A stretch of DNA of 42,785 nucleotides from the NCBI GenBank assembly GCA_964493945.1, contig CAZBQG010000004.1, positions 1-42,785 on the forward strand, read 5' to 3'. This DNA is from an uncultured Rhodospirillaceae bacterium (GTDB lineage: Bacteria > Pseudomonadota > Alphaproteobacteria > Rhodospirillales > UBA2165). Below the pieces are notes generated by a model. The model searched no databases. It was given only the letters and a program-made list of their open reading frames with translations, and was not told where the DNA came from. The position numbers and the translations under genes were made by a program. Positions 19,106-27,524 of this stretch are shown one piece after another. Each line of letters starts with the position of its first letter. Position 1 is the stretch's first letter.

Positions 19106-19507
19106 ATGGAAAAGGAAGTCATCGAAGTGCCCGGGAAAAAGCGCTCATTGGGCCCCGACGGAAAGCCATTGGCGCCATTGTCGCCGGCCATCAGGGCCGG
19201 GGATTTTGTTTTTGTTTCGGGTCAGCCGCCCATGGATCCGGTGGCCGGGCTTCCCATCGTGGGAGATATCCAGGCCCAGACGCGCCAAACCCTGGAAAAT
19301 GTCAAAGCCGTGCTGGAGGCCGCCGGGACCAGCCTGGATAAGGTGGTCAAATCCACCGTCTATTGTTCCAATTCGGCCTATTTCGGCAAGGTCAACGAAA
19401 TCTACCGGGAATTTTTCCCACATGACCCCCCGGCCCGCACCTTCGTTACCGTAGGCTCCTGGCCGGGCGCCTTCGATATCGAGATTGAGTGCATCGCCAT
19501 CGGGTAA
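19106..19507 (+). CDS. RidA/YjgF family protein
   Basis: 133 aa with the pattern FVFVSGQPPMDPV...ARTFVTV...IEIECIA, behind an AAAGGAGGAA SD. Confidence 0.85.
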   Translation: MEKEVIEVPGKKRSLGPDGKPLAPLSPAIRAGDFVFVSGQPPMDPVAGLPIVGDIQAQTRQTLENVKAVLEAAGTSLDKVVKSTVYCSNSAYFGKVNEIYREFFPHDPPARTFVTVGSWPGAFDIEIECIAIG

Positions 19508-19510
19508 CGC

Positions 19511-21040
19511 CTATTCGTCCAGCGTGACGATATCAGGAGGCGTGCCGTCCAGGCCCAGCTCGTCCCAGCGTTCAGCTACGCGGTCACGGACCGAGCGGCG
19601 CACGATGGTCCGTTCCGGGAAGCTGGCCAAATGCTTGTGGGGCTTGCAGGCATTGATCAGCGCCTTGGAGCCATAGGCCCGGTTTTCCATGGCGCCCTGG
19701 CTGGGATCCGTGCCCGTCGACCATGTCTGGCGTTGCAGGTCCAGATCGTCGGCCGGATGGCAGCGCGTGCTCATCGCCCAGAGGACCTGATTGAAGTCGG
19801 TCGGGTCCACATCCTCGTCTACCGCCACCACCCATTTGGTGAAGTAGGCGGCGCTCGGGCATTGGGCGGTGAGGGCCAGAACCTGGGAAGCATGTCCGGC
19901 ATATTTTTGTTCCAGCGAGACCACCACCATGCCAAAGCCGGCGGCGGCGGCCGGATGGGACCACACACCATGGATGCCGGTTATGCCCATGCGTTCCAAA
20001 TCCTCCCAGATGCCGGCCGAACGCATGATGGCGTAATAGGCGCCGACTTCGCTGGCCGGATAATCGGCCATCAGGGCCGCCGTGAGGATCGGTTCATGGC
20101 GCATATGAAGGGCCTTGACCTGAATGACGGGCTGGGGGGCGGGCGGATTGCCGTAATAGCCGGTGACTTCGCCAAGCGGGCCTTCCATTTCCATGTCATC
20201 CGCCTGGAGGATGCCCTCGATGACGATTTCGGCACGGGCCGGAATGGGCAAGCTGCCGACGGCGCCGGGCGCCAGTTCCAGGGGCCGGCCCATCAGGCCA
20301 CCGGCCACCCCCAGCTCCGAGCGGTCGAATGCGTAGCTTTGCTGGCCTACCATGAACAGCACCGGATCGATGCCGTAGGCGCAGACCACTTCGCAGTCCT
20401 CGCCCCTGGCCCACCATTGTTCCCGGTCCAGACGGGCATGTTTGCCGGGCGAGCAATACATGCCGATGCGCCGGGGGCCATGCAGCTGCTGGCGGTAGAC
20501 CCCCACATTGATGCGCCCCGAAATGGGATCGCTGGTCAGGGTGATGTCCCCCGTGCCGATAAATTCGCCCCCGTCGCCAGGCCAGAAGCGGGCCGCCGGC
20601 AAGATGGTCATATCGATTTCATCGCCGAGAAGTATTCGTTCATTGACCGGAGCCTCTTCCGCCGGCACCTGGACGGGTGGAATGTCCTGTTTCATTTTTT
20701 CGCGCATGGCCAGGATCAATTGGCGGGTAGTTGATTCCGGATCCAGCCCGACGGCCATGGCGAAGCGGCGCTGGCTGGCGCCCAGGATATTGGCGAGCAC
20801 GGGCACGCGCTCCTCCTTGCCCTCCAGATTCTCAAACAATAAGGCTGGCGAGTTTTCGTTTTTCGCTGCCATATAGGTGACCGCGCCGATTTCCTCGTTC
20901 AGGCTGACCGGCGCGCTGATGCGCTTGAGCTCGCCCGCCGCCTCAATCAGATCCAGCCATTCGTGCAAATCCCTGGGCGCAACCCTTTCGTTGGTTGATG
21001 CCAGCTCAGCGGTTTGCGGAAGCTCGGTACGGCCTTCCAT
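19511..21040 (-). CDS. UbiD-family (prFMN-dependent) decarboxylase
   Basis: 509 aa with a UbiD pattern that includes EGPLGEVTGYYG. A GGGAGGGAGAC SD precedes ATG 21040. It converges on the RidA-family gene with 3 nt between the stops. Confidence 0.9.
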   Translation of the reverse strand: MEGRTELPQTAELASTNERVAPRDLHEWLDLIEAAGELKRISAPVSLNEEIGAVTYMAAKNENSPALLFENLEGKEERVPVLANILGASQRRFAMAVGLDPESTTRQLILAMREKMKQDIPPVQVPAEEAPVNERILLGDEIDMTILPAARFWPGDGGEFIGTGDITLTSDPISGRINVGVYRQQLHGPRRIGMYCSPGKHARLDREQWWARGEDCEVVCAYGIDPVLFMVGQQSYAFDRSELGVAGGLMGRPLELAPGAVGSLPIPARAEIVIEGILQADDMEMEGPLGEVTGYYGNPPAPQPVIQVKALHMRHEPILTAALMADYPASEVGAYYAIMRSAGIWEDLERMGITGIHGVWSHPAAAAGFGMVVVSLEQKYAGHASQVLALTAQCPSAAYFTKWVVAVDEDVDPTDFNQVLWAMSTRCHPADDLDLQRQTWSTGTDPSQGAMENRAYGSKALINACKPHKHLASFPERTIVRRSVRDRVAERWDELGLDGTPPDIVTLDE

Positions 21041-21084
21041 GGATGTCTCCCTCCCCTTTCGCCAGAATGAAACCCCAGACTAAT

Positions 21085-21411
21085 GGGTTCGGGCAAAAGT
21101 TGCGACCGGGTAATGGCTTGCATTTTACCCTGTTCTATTCCGAACTGCTTGGCAACGGGTAGATTGACCAACAAAATGGTGCCGTCGGGTTCGATAAGGA
21201 CGGTAAAGTCTTCCGTGGCGTTGGAAAACGCCTTCAAGTTTTCCTCGCTTTTCAGCAATTTTTCCTTGGCTTGGTTGCTTTCGATAATCAGGGTTCCACC
21301 GTTTTTCGACCTGAATTCGCTTACCCGCCACCACTCACCCGCTTTTAATTCCCGGTCAAAAGATTCTAATGCGCGGTGACGGTTCATGCGTTTTTCGATA
21401 TGCCGAAACAT
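21085..21411 (-). pseudogene. internal fragment of a multi-PAS sensor gene
   Basis: ORF 20947-21483 reads as the end of one PAS domain, a KEKLLKSEENLKAF linker, and the first half of a second PAS (EDFTVLIEPDGTILLVNLPVAKQFGIEQG). It then runs in a foreign frame into the ubiD-family gene's promoter and 5' end. There is no output domain. One hand-counted row is about 43% G+C. Confidence 0.4.
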
Positions 21412-21579
21412 CCTTGACGCCGACGGGCATGAGCCCCCTTTCACAATTGACCCGGACGATCTTCTCAAAAGGTATGCTGTCAAAGCCGCTCAGGCTTTGG
21501 TGACCAGCGCCGGTAAACCGGCCTGATCCCAGCCATTATCTTCCGCCTTGGCTTGGTCCTTCACGGTTCTGCAAACAGC

Positions 21580-23160
21580 TCAGCCCAGAACCTGGGTAAC
21601 CAGGAATATACGGGCGACGCTTTCCTGATTGGTGCCGCCGAACCTTATTTTCACCATACCCGGTGAGAATTGCAGCCAGCAATCACCATTTTTGGCCATT
21701 TTGTTAATGGCCCGCATGGTGTTACCCAGGAGGATCTTGTTAAGCATCATTTGCTTGGTAACATCGGCGTCCAGCCCTGTCAGATTGGCGCCTTGTATGC
21801 TGTTCTTGATCTGGGTGCGGGTGCCGAATTCGATAGCGTCCCTCTTGAACACCACACGCAAATTAGAACTGTGGATATTCTTACCGCCCTCCTTGGCATT
21901 GATGGCCTGGGTGATCTGGTCCCGCGTTCCTTTCCCCAGCACCACCCGCTCTTCTTCAAAGGGGATTTGATTGTGAATGTTGGCATATTTTGACAGGTCA
22001 TAAACCTGGTCAAGCATGAGATAAGCGTTGTTATCGCGCCAGGATATATATCTTTGGGGCAAGCGGAAGGTATCTTGGCCTTTTTCCACTCTTTTATCGT
22101 TGCGGCTTTTCAACCGGTCATCGATGCTTTGCCCATTCACAAAGCTAGCCTTTAGTGCCGGTTTGCCATGCCATTCATCCAGGGACCAATTGGCGCCGCT
22201 CAATTCCTTCTGCATGGATTTCAGCGCATCCACCATTCCATCTGTAAGAACCACGCTGCCATGTGCAAAATCCATATCGTTGGAGGAAGGGCTCAGGCTC
22301 ACCACATTGCTGACCTGGGCATCCCGTAAAATCAATTCCATGGAACTGCCCAGATCATCGGTCTTTACCACCACTTCCCGGGTTTGATTTTTTCCAGGTC
22401 TGACCAAATTCCCCATGCCGGCCAGATCAAATAGGGGCGAATAGGCAAATCTGCCCCGTGGCCGTACATAGGCTGATTTCAAATCGCTTTCAATCTGCGC
22501 CGGATTCTTGTTCAGGATTCCAGTGATCGACAGATTTCCGTTTTCATCAACCTTGCCCACAAGTTCCACCCGGCCGGCCTTGATGCCCGCCCCATCCATA
22601 TCCAGCTTTATGGCGAGATTGGAGGATCTTTCCTCCCTGGCCAGCATATTCTGCCAGCGGCTCTCCAATTGCTGTTCGGCACTTTTCAGCCGGTCCCGGG
22701 TTTCCGAAGCGCCGATGAATTTGATAGCGTAATTCTCATCACTCCGCGCATTGGCCAGGGCCTCGGTCATGGAGGTGGTGTAGGCCGCGGCCATGTCACC
22801 CGCGCTCCGCCCGCCATTGAAATAGACATGGTTCATGATGGTGGCGTATTTGTTGATATTGCTGTCACTGGTGGGAACCCAGCTTCCCTCCGGCTCGCTG
22901 CCATAAACCACCTTGACGATGCGGGTAAATACATTTTCCTCAAGCCCGGGCTTACGGCGTGTGGGCCGGATGCCATGTTCCTGGCACAAGCTCTCGAATT
23001 CATCCATATTATCCAAGCAGCTCATGGCGAAGCCGAACCCTTCCACCAGAGCATCCCGGGCCTTTTCGCGAACCAGCTTTTCAGCGCTTACATATGAGTT
23101 GAACGTTCTAACGACGTTGTCACGTTGATTCATCAACCTGATTGACAGTACATCGGCCAT
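21580..23160 (-). CDS. 526-aa hypothetical protein, no recognisable family
   Basis: ATG 23160 lies 4 nt after a GGGGAGGGG SD; the track start at 23235 is a TTG. It is a long uninterrupted ORF with balanced amino-acid composition. Hand-counted rows give 48-55% G+C, against about 65% in the flanking operons. Confidence 0.75.
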   Translation of the reverse strand: MADVLSIRLMNQRDNVVRTFNSYVSAEKLVREKARDALVEGFGFAMSCLDNMDEFESLCQEHGIRPTRRKPGLEENVFTRIVKVVYGSEPEGSWVPTSDSNINKYATIMNHVYFNGGRSAGDMAAAYTTSMTEALANARSDENYAIKFIGASETRDRLKSAEQQLESRWQNMLAREERSSNLAIKLDMDGAGIKAGRVELVGKVDENGNLSITGILNKNPAQIESDLKSAYVRPRGRFAYSPLFDLAGMGNLVRPGKNQTREVVVKTDDLGSSMELILRDAQVSNVVSLSPSSNDMDFAHGSVVLTDGMVDALKSMQKELSGANWSLDEWHGKPALKASFVNGQSIDDRLKSRNDKRVEKGQDTFRLPQRYISWRDNNAYLMLDQVYDLSKYANIHNQIPFEEERVVLGKGTRDQITQAINAKEGGKNIHSSNLRVVFKRDAIEFGTRTQIKNSIQGANLTGLDADVTKQMMLNKILLGNTMRAINKMAKNGDCWLQFSPGMVKIRFGGTNQESVARIFLVTQVLG

Positions 23161-23260
23161 AATCCCCTCCCCAATCTGATTTCCAACTTTTTTTGCAAAA
23201 GTATAAAAATAAGTCAATATTTTTACCGAACTCAAGCGAGATAAAAGCTCAATTAGAGGA

Positions 23261-23683
23261 TTAGTCTGAAAAATTGACCTTTCCTCTGGTCTTCTTTATA
23301 TCCCCCCGCTTTTTCTTTCTTTCCATGCGCCGCCGTCTGGCCGCGCCGCTGGGTTTGGTCGGTTTGCGGGTGCGGGGCCGGACAGATGCTTTTTGGATCA
23401 ATTCTAAAAGCCGTTGCAGCCCGTCTTGCCGGTTGCGTTCCTGGGACCGGTATTTTCTGGCGGTGAGAAGAATGACCCCCGCCCCAGTCATCCGCCGCCC
23501 CGCCAAGCGCCTGAGCCTTGGAAGGATTTCTTCCGGAAGATTGGGGCTGGCCGCCGCATCGAAGCGGATTTGGACGGCGCTCTCCACTTTATTGACGTTT
23601 TGCCCTCCGGGGCCGGGGGCGCGGATGAAATGCTCCTCAATCTCGTCCTCTGCAATGGATATATTTTTGGTTACCTGGATCAT
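23261..23683 (-). CDS. arfB: alternative ribosome-rescue factor B (peptidyl-tRNA hydrolase ArfB/YaeJ)
   Basis: A GGQ motif (APGPGGQNVNKVESAV) and an Arg/Lys-rich C-terminal tail. ATG 23681-23683 overlaps the stop of the upstream AKR gene (TGATG). Confidence 0.9.
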   Translation of the reverse strand: MIQVTKNISIAEDEIEEHFIRAPGPGGQNVNKVESAVQIRFDAAASPNLPEEILPRLRRLAGRRMTGAGVILLTARKYRSQERNRQDGLQRLLELIQKASVRPRTRKPTKPSGAARRRRMERKKKRGDIKKTRGKVNFSD

Positions 23684-24633
23684 CAATCATCTCCAGGTGT
23701 TCCTTTCGCGGCACCTATGGGGATGGCGGAATTGATTCTTTCCATTTGGGCCGGGCTTGGGGTGATGTCCACGGCCTGACTGTTTTCAATCAAATGATCC
23801 CGGCGGCGCGATCCGGGTATGGGCAGGATGTTCCAGGGCTGGGCCAGAAACCACGCCAACGTCAGCTGGGCGGTGGTGGCCCCCAGCTCATCGGCGACCT
23901 CTTTCAATATCTCCAGCAGGGAAAGATTATGTTCAATATTTTCATCATGGAATCGGGGCATATTGCGCCGATACCGGTCATCTTCCGGCAAATCGTCCAG
24001 TTTGGCCACTTCGCTACCCAATAAAGCAAAGGATAAAGGGCCATAAGCCACAAAGGTGATGCCCAGCTCCTGACAAAGAGGTAAAAGCTCTGTTTCTGGC
24101 CCGCGGTTAAAGATGCTGTATTCGATTTGCACGGCGCTCAGCGGGAAAGTGCCATGGGCACGCCTGATCTGATCCGCTGTTGCATTGCTAATCCCCAAGG
24201 ACTTGACCTTGCCTTCTTCCACCAAACGGGACATGGCGCCGAAGGTTTCCTCCACCGGCACATCCGGGTCTACCCGGTGCTGGTAATAAAGATCGATATG
24301 GTCGGTGGTCAGGCGTTCCAGGCTGCGATCACAGGCGGTGCGCACATAGGCCGGATCACCGACGAATTTCATGCCCCCTTCGGGGTTGGGCACCATGCCG
24401 AATTTGGAGACGATAAAGGCCTGCTCCCGGCGCCCCTTAAGCACGGTGCCGAGAAAGCTCTCGCCCCGCCCCATACCATACATGTCGGCGCTGTCGAAAT
24501 GATTGATGCCCCGCTCCAATGCCTCATTCACGGTGGCCAGGGATTCGGTATCATTGCTGTCCAACAGCCGGTTGCAGCCCAGTCCGATGGCCGAACTTTC
24601 AAGCTGGGAGTTGCCCAGAATTACTTTCCGCAT
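23683..24633 (-). CDS. aldo/keto reductase
   Basis: 316 aa with the AKR pattern LGCNRL...GINHFDSADMYG...YYQHRVD. Confidence 0.9.
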   Translation of the reverse strand: MRKVILGNSQLESSAIGLGCNRLLDSNDTESLATVNEALERGINHFDSADMYGMGRGESFLGTVLKGRREQAFIVSKFGMVPNPEGGMKFVGDPAYVRTACDRSLERLTTDHIDLYYQHRVDPDVPVEETFGAMSRLVEEGKVKSLGISNATADQIRRAHGTFPLSAVQIEYSIFNRGPETELLPLCQELGITFVAYGPLSFALLGSEVAKLDDLPEDDRYRRNMPRFHDENIEHNLSLLEILKEVADELGATTAQLTLAWFLAQPWNILPIPGSRRRDHLIENSQAVDITPSPAQMERINSAIPIGAAKGTPGDD

Positions 24634-24822
24634 GATCTCGTCCCTCTATTAAATAAGCTCATAATCCGCATGTCATACTCATAACCACGCCGCTTGTATA
24701 GGGCAGTCTGTCAGTCGCCATGAAGGCGACGAAATCAGCCATCTCGCTGGCCAACTTCATTTAAAAAAGAAACGCCCAGTGGCCTTTTTGAATCCAATCA
24801 CCAGTGGTCCTCCCCCCAAAAA

Positions 24823-25083
24823 GTGGTCCACCCTCATGTGATCAACAAGCAAGGCCTGGAAATCGTCAAGACCCTTCGCCCGGCACCGGGCAAGACGGCG
24901 GCCCATGAGGAATTCACCAAGGACGGGCGCTATGTGTTGCTCAGCATCTGGGACATGAAGGGGGCGATCATCGTTTATGACGCGGAGACCTTGGAAGAGG
25001 TCAAGCGCCTACCGTTTGTCCGCCCGTCGGGCAAATACAACGTCTATAACAAGATCACCCACTCGGAAGGAACGAGCCACTAA
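24823..25083 (+). pseudogene. C-terminal remnant of a cytochrome cd1 (NirS/NirN/NirF family) gene
   Basis: A GTG-started 86-aa ORF matches only the last ~85 residues of cd1 beta-propeller proteins (HEEFTKDGRYVLLSIW...IIVYDAETLEEVKRLP...PSGKYNVYNK). Nothing upstream encodes the rest. Confidence 0.6.
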
Positions 25084-25170
25084 GCGGCTGGCAATATAAG
25101 CAAAGCTGCTTTATTCTTCCCTAGCGATTTCAAGGATTTGAGTGCCGCTTCATACGGCATGGGGCAGGGG

Positions 25171-26337
25171 ATGGATTTCGAATTCTCAGATGATCAACGT
25201 GCGGTCAGGGATGCGGCCGAACGCATCTGCCAGGATTTTCCCGACAGCTATTGGCTGGCCCGGGACGAGGACGGCGTCTTTCCCCATGAATTCCACGCCG
25301 CCATGGCCGAAGGCGGCTGGCTGGGCATCGCCATGCCGGTGGAAAACGGTGGCGCGGGCCTGGGCATAACCGAGGCCGCCCTGATGATGCAGACCGTCGC
25401 GGCATCGGGCGGCGCTATGGCCGCGGCATCCTCCATCCATATGAATATCTTCGCGCCCCATCCCATCGTCGTGCATGGCACGGATGAGCAAAAAAAGCGT
25501 ATGCTGGAGCCCTTGATTAGGGGTGAACAAAAGGCCTGTTTCGGTGTGACTGAGCCCGATGCCGGGCTGGACACCACGCGCATAACCACCCGGGCGGTCA
25601 AGGACGGAAAGACCTATCTGGTCAATGGGCGCAAAATCTGGATTTCGACGGCCCAAATCGCCGATCACATCATGCTTCTTTGCCGCACCACGGCACTGGA
25701 AGACTGCGCCCGGCCCACAGAGGGCCTGAGCCTTTTTTATACGCCCCTCGACCGGGATCATATCGAAGTGCGGGAAATCCCTAAGATGGGCCGCAAGGCG
25801 GTGGATTCAAACACGCTCTTCATCGACGGGCTGACCATCCCCGAAGAAGATTTGATCGGCGGGGAAGGGCAGGGCTTTTCCGTGCTCCTCCAGGGTCTGA
25901 ACCCGGAACGCATTTTGATTGCCGCCGAAGCATTAGGTATCGGGCGCGATGCGCTTGCGCGGGCCGCGCGCTATGCATCGGAACGAGAAGTCTTCGGTCG
26001 GCCCATCGGCCAGAACCAGGCCATCCAGCACCCCTTGGCCCAGTCCTGGATCGATCTGGAGGCCGCCGAACTCCTGACCTTCCGCGCGGCAGCGCTTTTT
26101 GACGGGGGCAACCCGGTCGGCGCTCAGGCCAACGCCGCCAAATATTTCGCAGCCGAGGCCGCCTTCAGTGCCTGCGAGCGCGCCGTCATGACGCTGGGCG
26201 GTATGGGTTATGCCAAGGAATTTCATGTGGAGCGGTTGCTGCGCGAAGTGATGATCGCGCGCATCGCACCGGTATCCCGGGAACTGATCCTCAGCCATAT
26301 CGGGGAAAAAATCCTGGGTCTGCCCAAGTCTTATTGA
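25171..26337 (+). CDS. acyl-CoA dehydrogenase
   Basis: Start moved to ATG 25171 (MDFEFSDDQRAV); the track start at 25138 is a TTG. The ACAD pattern CFGVTEPDAGLD is present. Confidence 0.9.
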   Translation: MDFEFSDDQRAVRDAAERICQDFPDSYWLARDEDGVFPHEFHAAMAEGGWLGIAMPVENGGAGLGITEAALMMQTVAASGGAMAAASSIHMNIFAPHPIVVHGTDEQKKRMLEPLIRGEQKACFGVTEPDAGLDTTRITTRAVKDGKTYLVNGRKIWISTAQIADHIMLLCRTTALEDCARPTEGLSLFYTPLDRDHIEVREIPKMGRKAVDSNTLFIDGLTIPEEDLIGGEGQGFSVLLQGLNPERILIAAEALGIGRDALARAARYASEREVFGRPIGQNQAIQHPLAQSWIDLEAAELLTFRAAALFDGGNPVGAQANAAKYFAAEAAFSACERAVMTLGGMGYAKEFHVERLLREVMIARIAPVSRELILSHIGEKILGLPKSY

Positions 26338-26338
26338 T

Positions 26339-27523
26339 ATGGGCAAGGTTCTGGAAGGCATTCGGGTTCTGGATTTCGGGCGCTATATCGCCGGGCCTTT
26401 CTGCGCCACATTGTTGGGCGATTTCGGCGCAGAGGTGATCCGCATCGAAAGCGTCAAGGGCAGTGCGGACCGCTATACCAGCCCCCTATGCGAGGCGGGC
26501 GACGGAGCACTGTTCATGGCCGTCGGGCGGGGCAAGCTGGGCATGACCCTGAATGCGGGCAGCCCGGAAGGCCGTGAAATCGTCCAGGCGCTTATAGCAA
26601 CCGCCGATATCGTGGTGGTCAATCAGCCGGAAGAAATCCTGGAGGCCATGGGGCTGGATCACGAAAGCCTGAAAGAAATCAAGCCGGACATCATCTTGGC
26701 CAATGCCACCGCCTTCGGCACCACCGGCCCCTATGCCGAACGCCTTGGTTTCGACGGATCGGCCCAGGCCATGTCGGGCGCCATGGATTTGACCGGCTAC
26801 GAGGATGAACCCATGCGCTCGCTCGCCAATTACGCCGATTTCAGCACCGCCGGTTTCACCGCCATGGGCGTTCTGGCGGCGCTTTTGGAGAGGAACAAGA
26901 CCGGGCGGGGCCAGAAGGTGGAAGGCAATCTTTTGGCCAGTGCCCTCACCTGTGTCAGCTCCCTCATGGTCGAACAAGGCGTGGTCCGGCCAGACCGTAA
27001 GGCCCAGGGCAACCGCAGCCCGCAAGTGGCGCCGGGGGATGCCTATGCCACCAATGACGGTTGGATTTTTGTCATGTGTGTGGGCGATCCACTCTTTCGC
27101 CGCTGGGCCGGTCTGATGGGTGAGACCCATTGGCTGGAAGATGCTCGCTTTGCCGATGACCAAAGCCGGGGCGATCATGGCGAGATCATTTCCGAACGCA
27201 TGGCCCTATGGTGCGCCGAGAGAAGCAACGCCGGCGCCTTAAGCGAGCTGGAGGCGGCGCGCATTCCGGCGGGTCCGGTCTTTACCCTGCAAGATGCTCT
27301 CGATGACGAACATGTGCGCGAAGCGGGCTGGGTGCGGGACGTGGATTATCCGGGCCTTCCCCGCCCGGCGACCATCCCCGATACACCCGTCAGGCTATCC
27401 GAAACTCCCGCCGTAATTGAGCGCCGTGCGCCCATGCTGGGCGAACATACGGATGGGATTTTGGCCGGGCTTGGCTATTCCGAGGCACGCATATCTGAGC
27501 TTCGGGAAAAGGGAATAATCTGA
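26339..27523 (+). CDS. family III CoA-transferase (CaiB/BaiF type)
   Basis: Motif GIRVLDFGRYIAGPFCATLLGDFGAEVIRIE. One nt separates it from the ACAD stop. Confidence 0.9.
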   Translation: MGKVLEGIRVLDFGRYIAGPFCATLLGDFGAEVIRIESVKGSADRYTSPLCEAGDGALFMAVGRGKLGMTLNAGSPEGREIVQALIATADIVVVNQPEEILEAMGLDHESLKEIKPDIILANATAFGTTGPYAERLGFDGSAQAMSGAMDLTGYEDEPMRSLANYADFSTAGFTAMGVLAALLERNKTGRGQKVEGNLLASALTCVSSLMVEQGVVRPDRKAQGNRSPQVAPGDAYATNDGWIFVMCVGDPLFRRWAGLMGETHWLEDARFADDQSRGDHGEIISERMALWCAERSNAGALSELEAARIPAGPVFTLQDALDDEHVREAGWVRDVDYPGLPRPATIPDTPVRLSETPAVIERRAPMLGEHTDGILAGLGYSEARISELREKGII

Positions 27524-27524
27524 T

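Noticed and set aside
20947-21084. The PAS-fragment ORF continues across the 5' end of the UbiD-family gene. I considered a genuine overlapping gene.
   Set aside because: The overlapping part (…ISLGFHSGERGGRHPWKAVPSF…) loses all PAS-like character exactly where it enters the promoter and coding region of the UbiD-family gene. That fits accidental read-through of a truncated fragment.
24776-24829. Three copies of (C)AGTGG(C/T)CC upstream of the cd1 remnant. I considered a repeat element or binding-site array.
   Set aside because: The copies are only 8-9 nt long, irregularly spaced (25 and 21 nt), and easily produced by chance or by leftover coding sequence. They are mentioned under the cd1 finding but not called as a feature.
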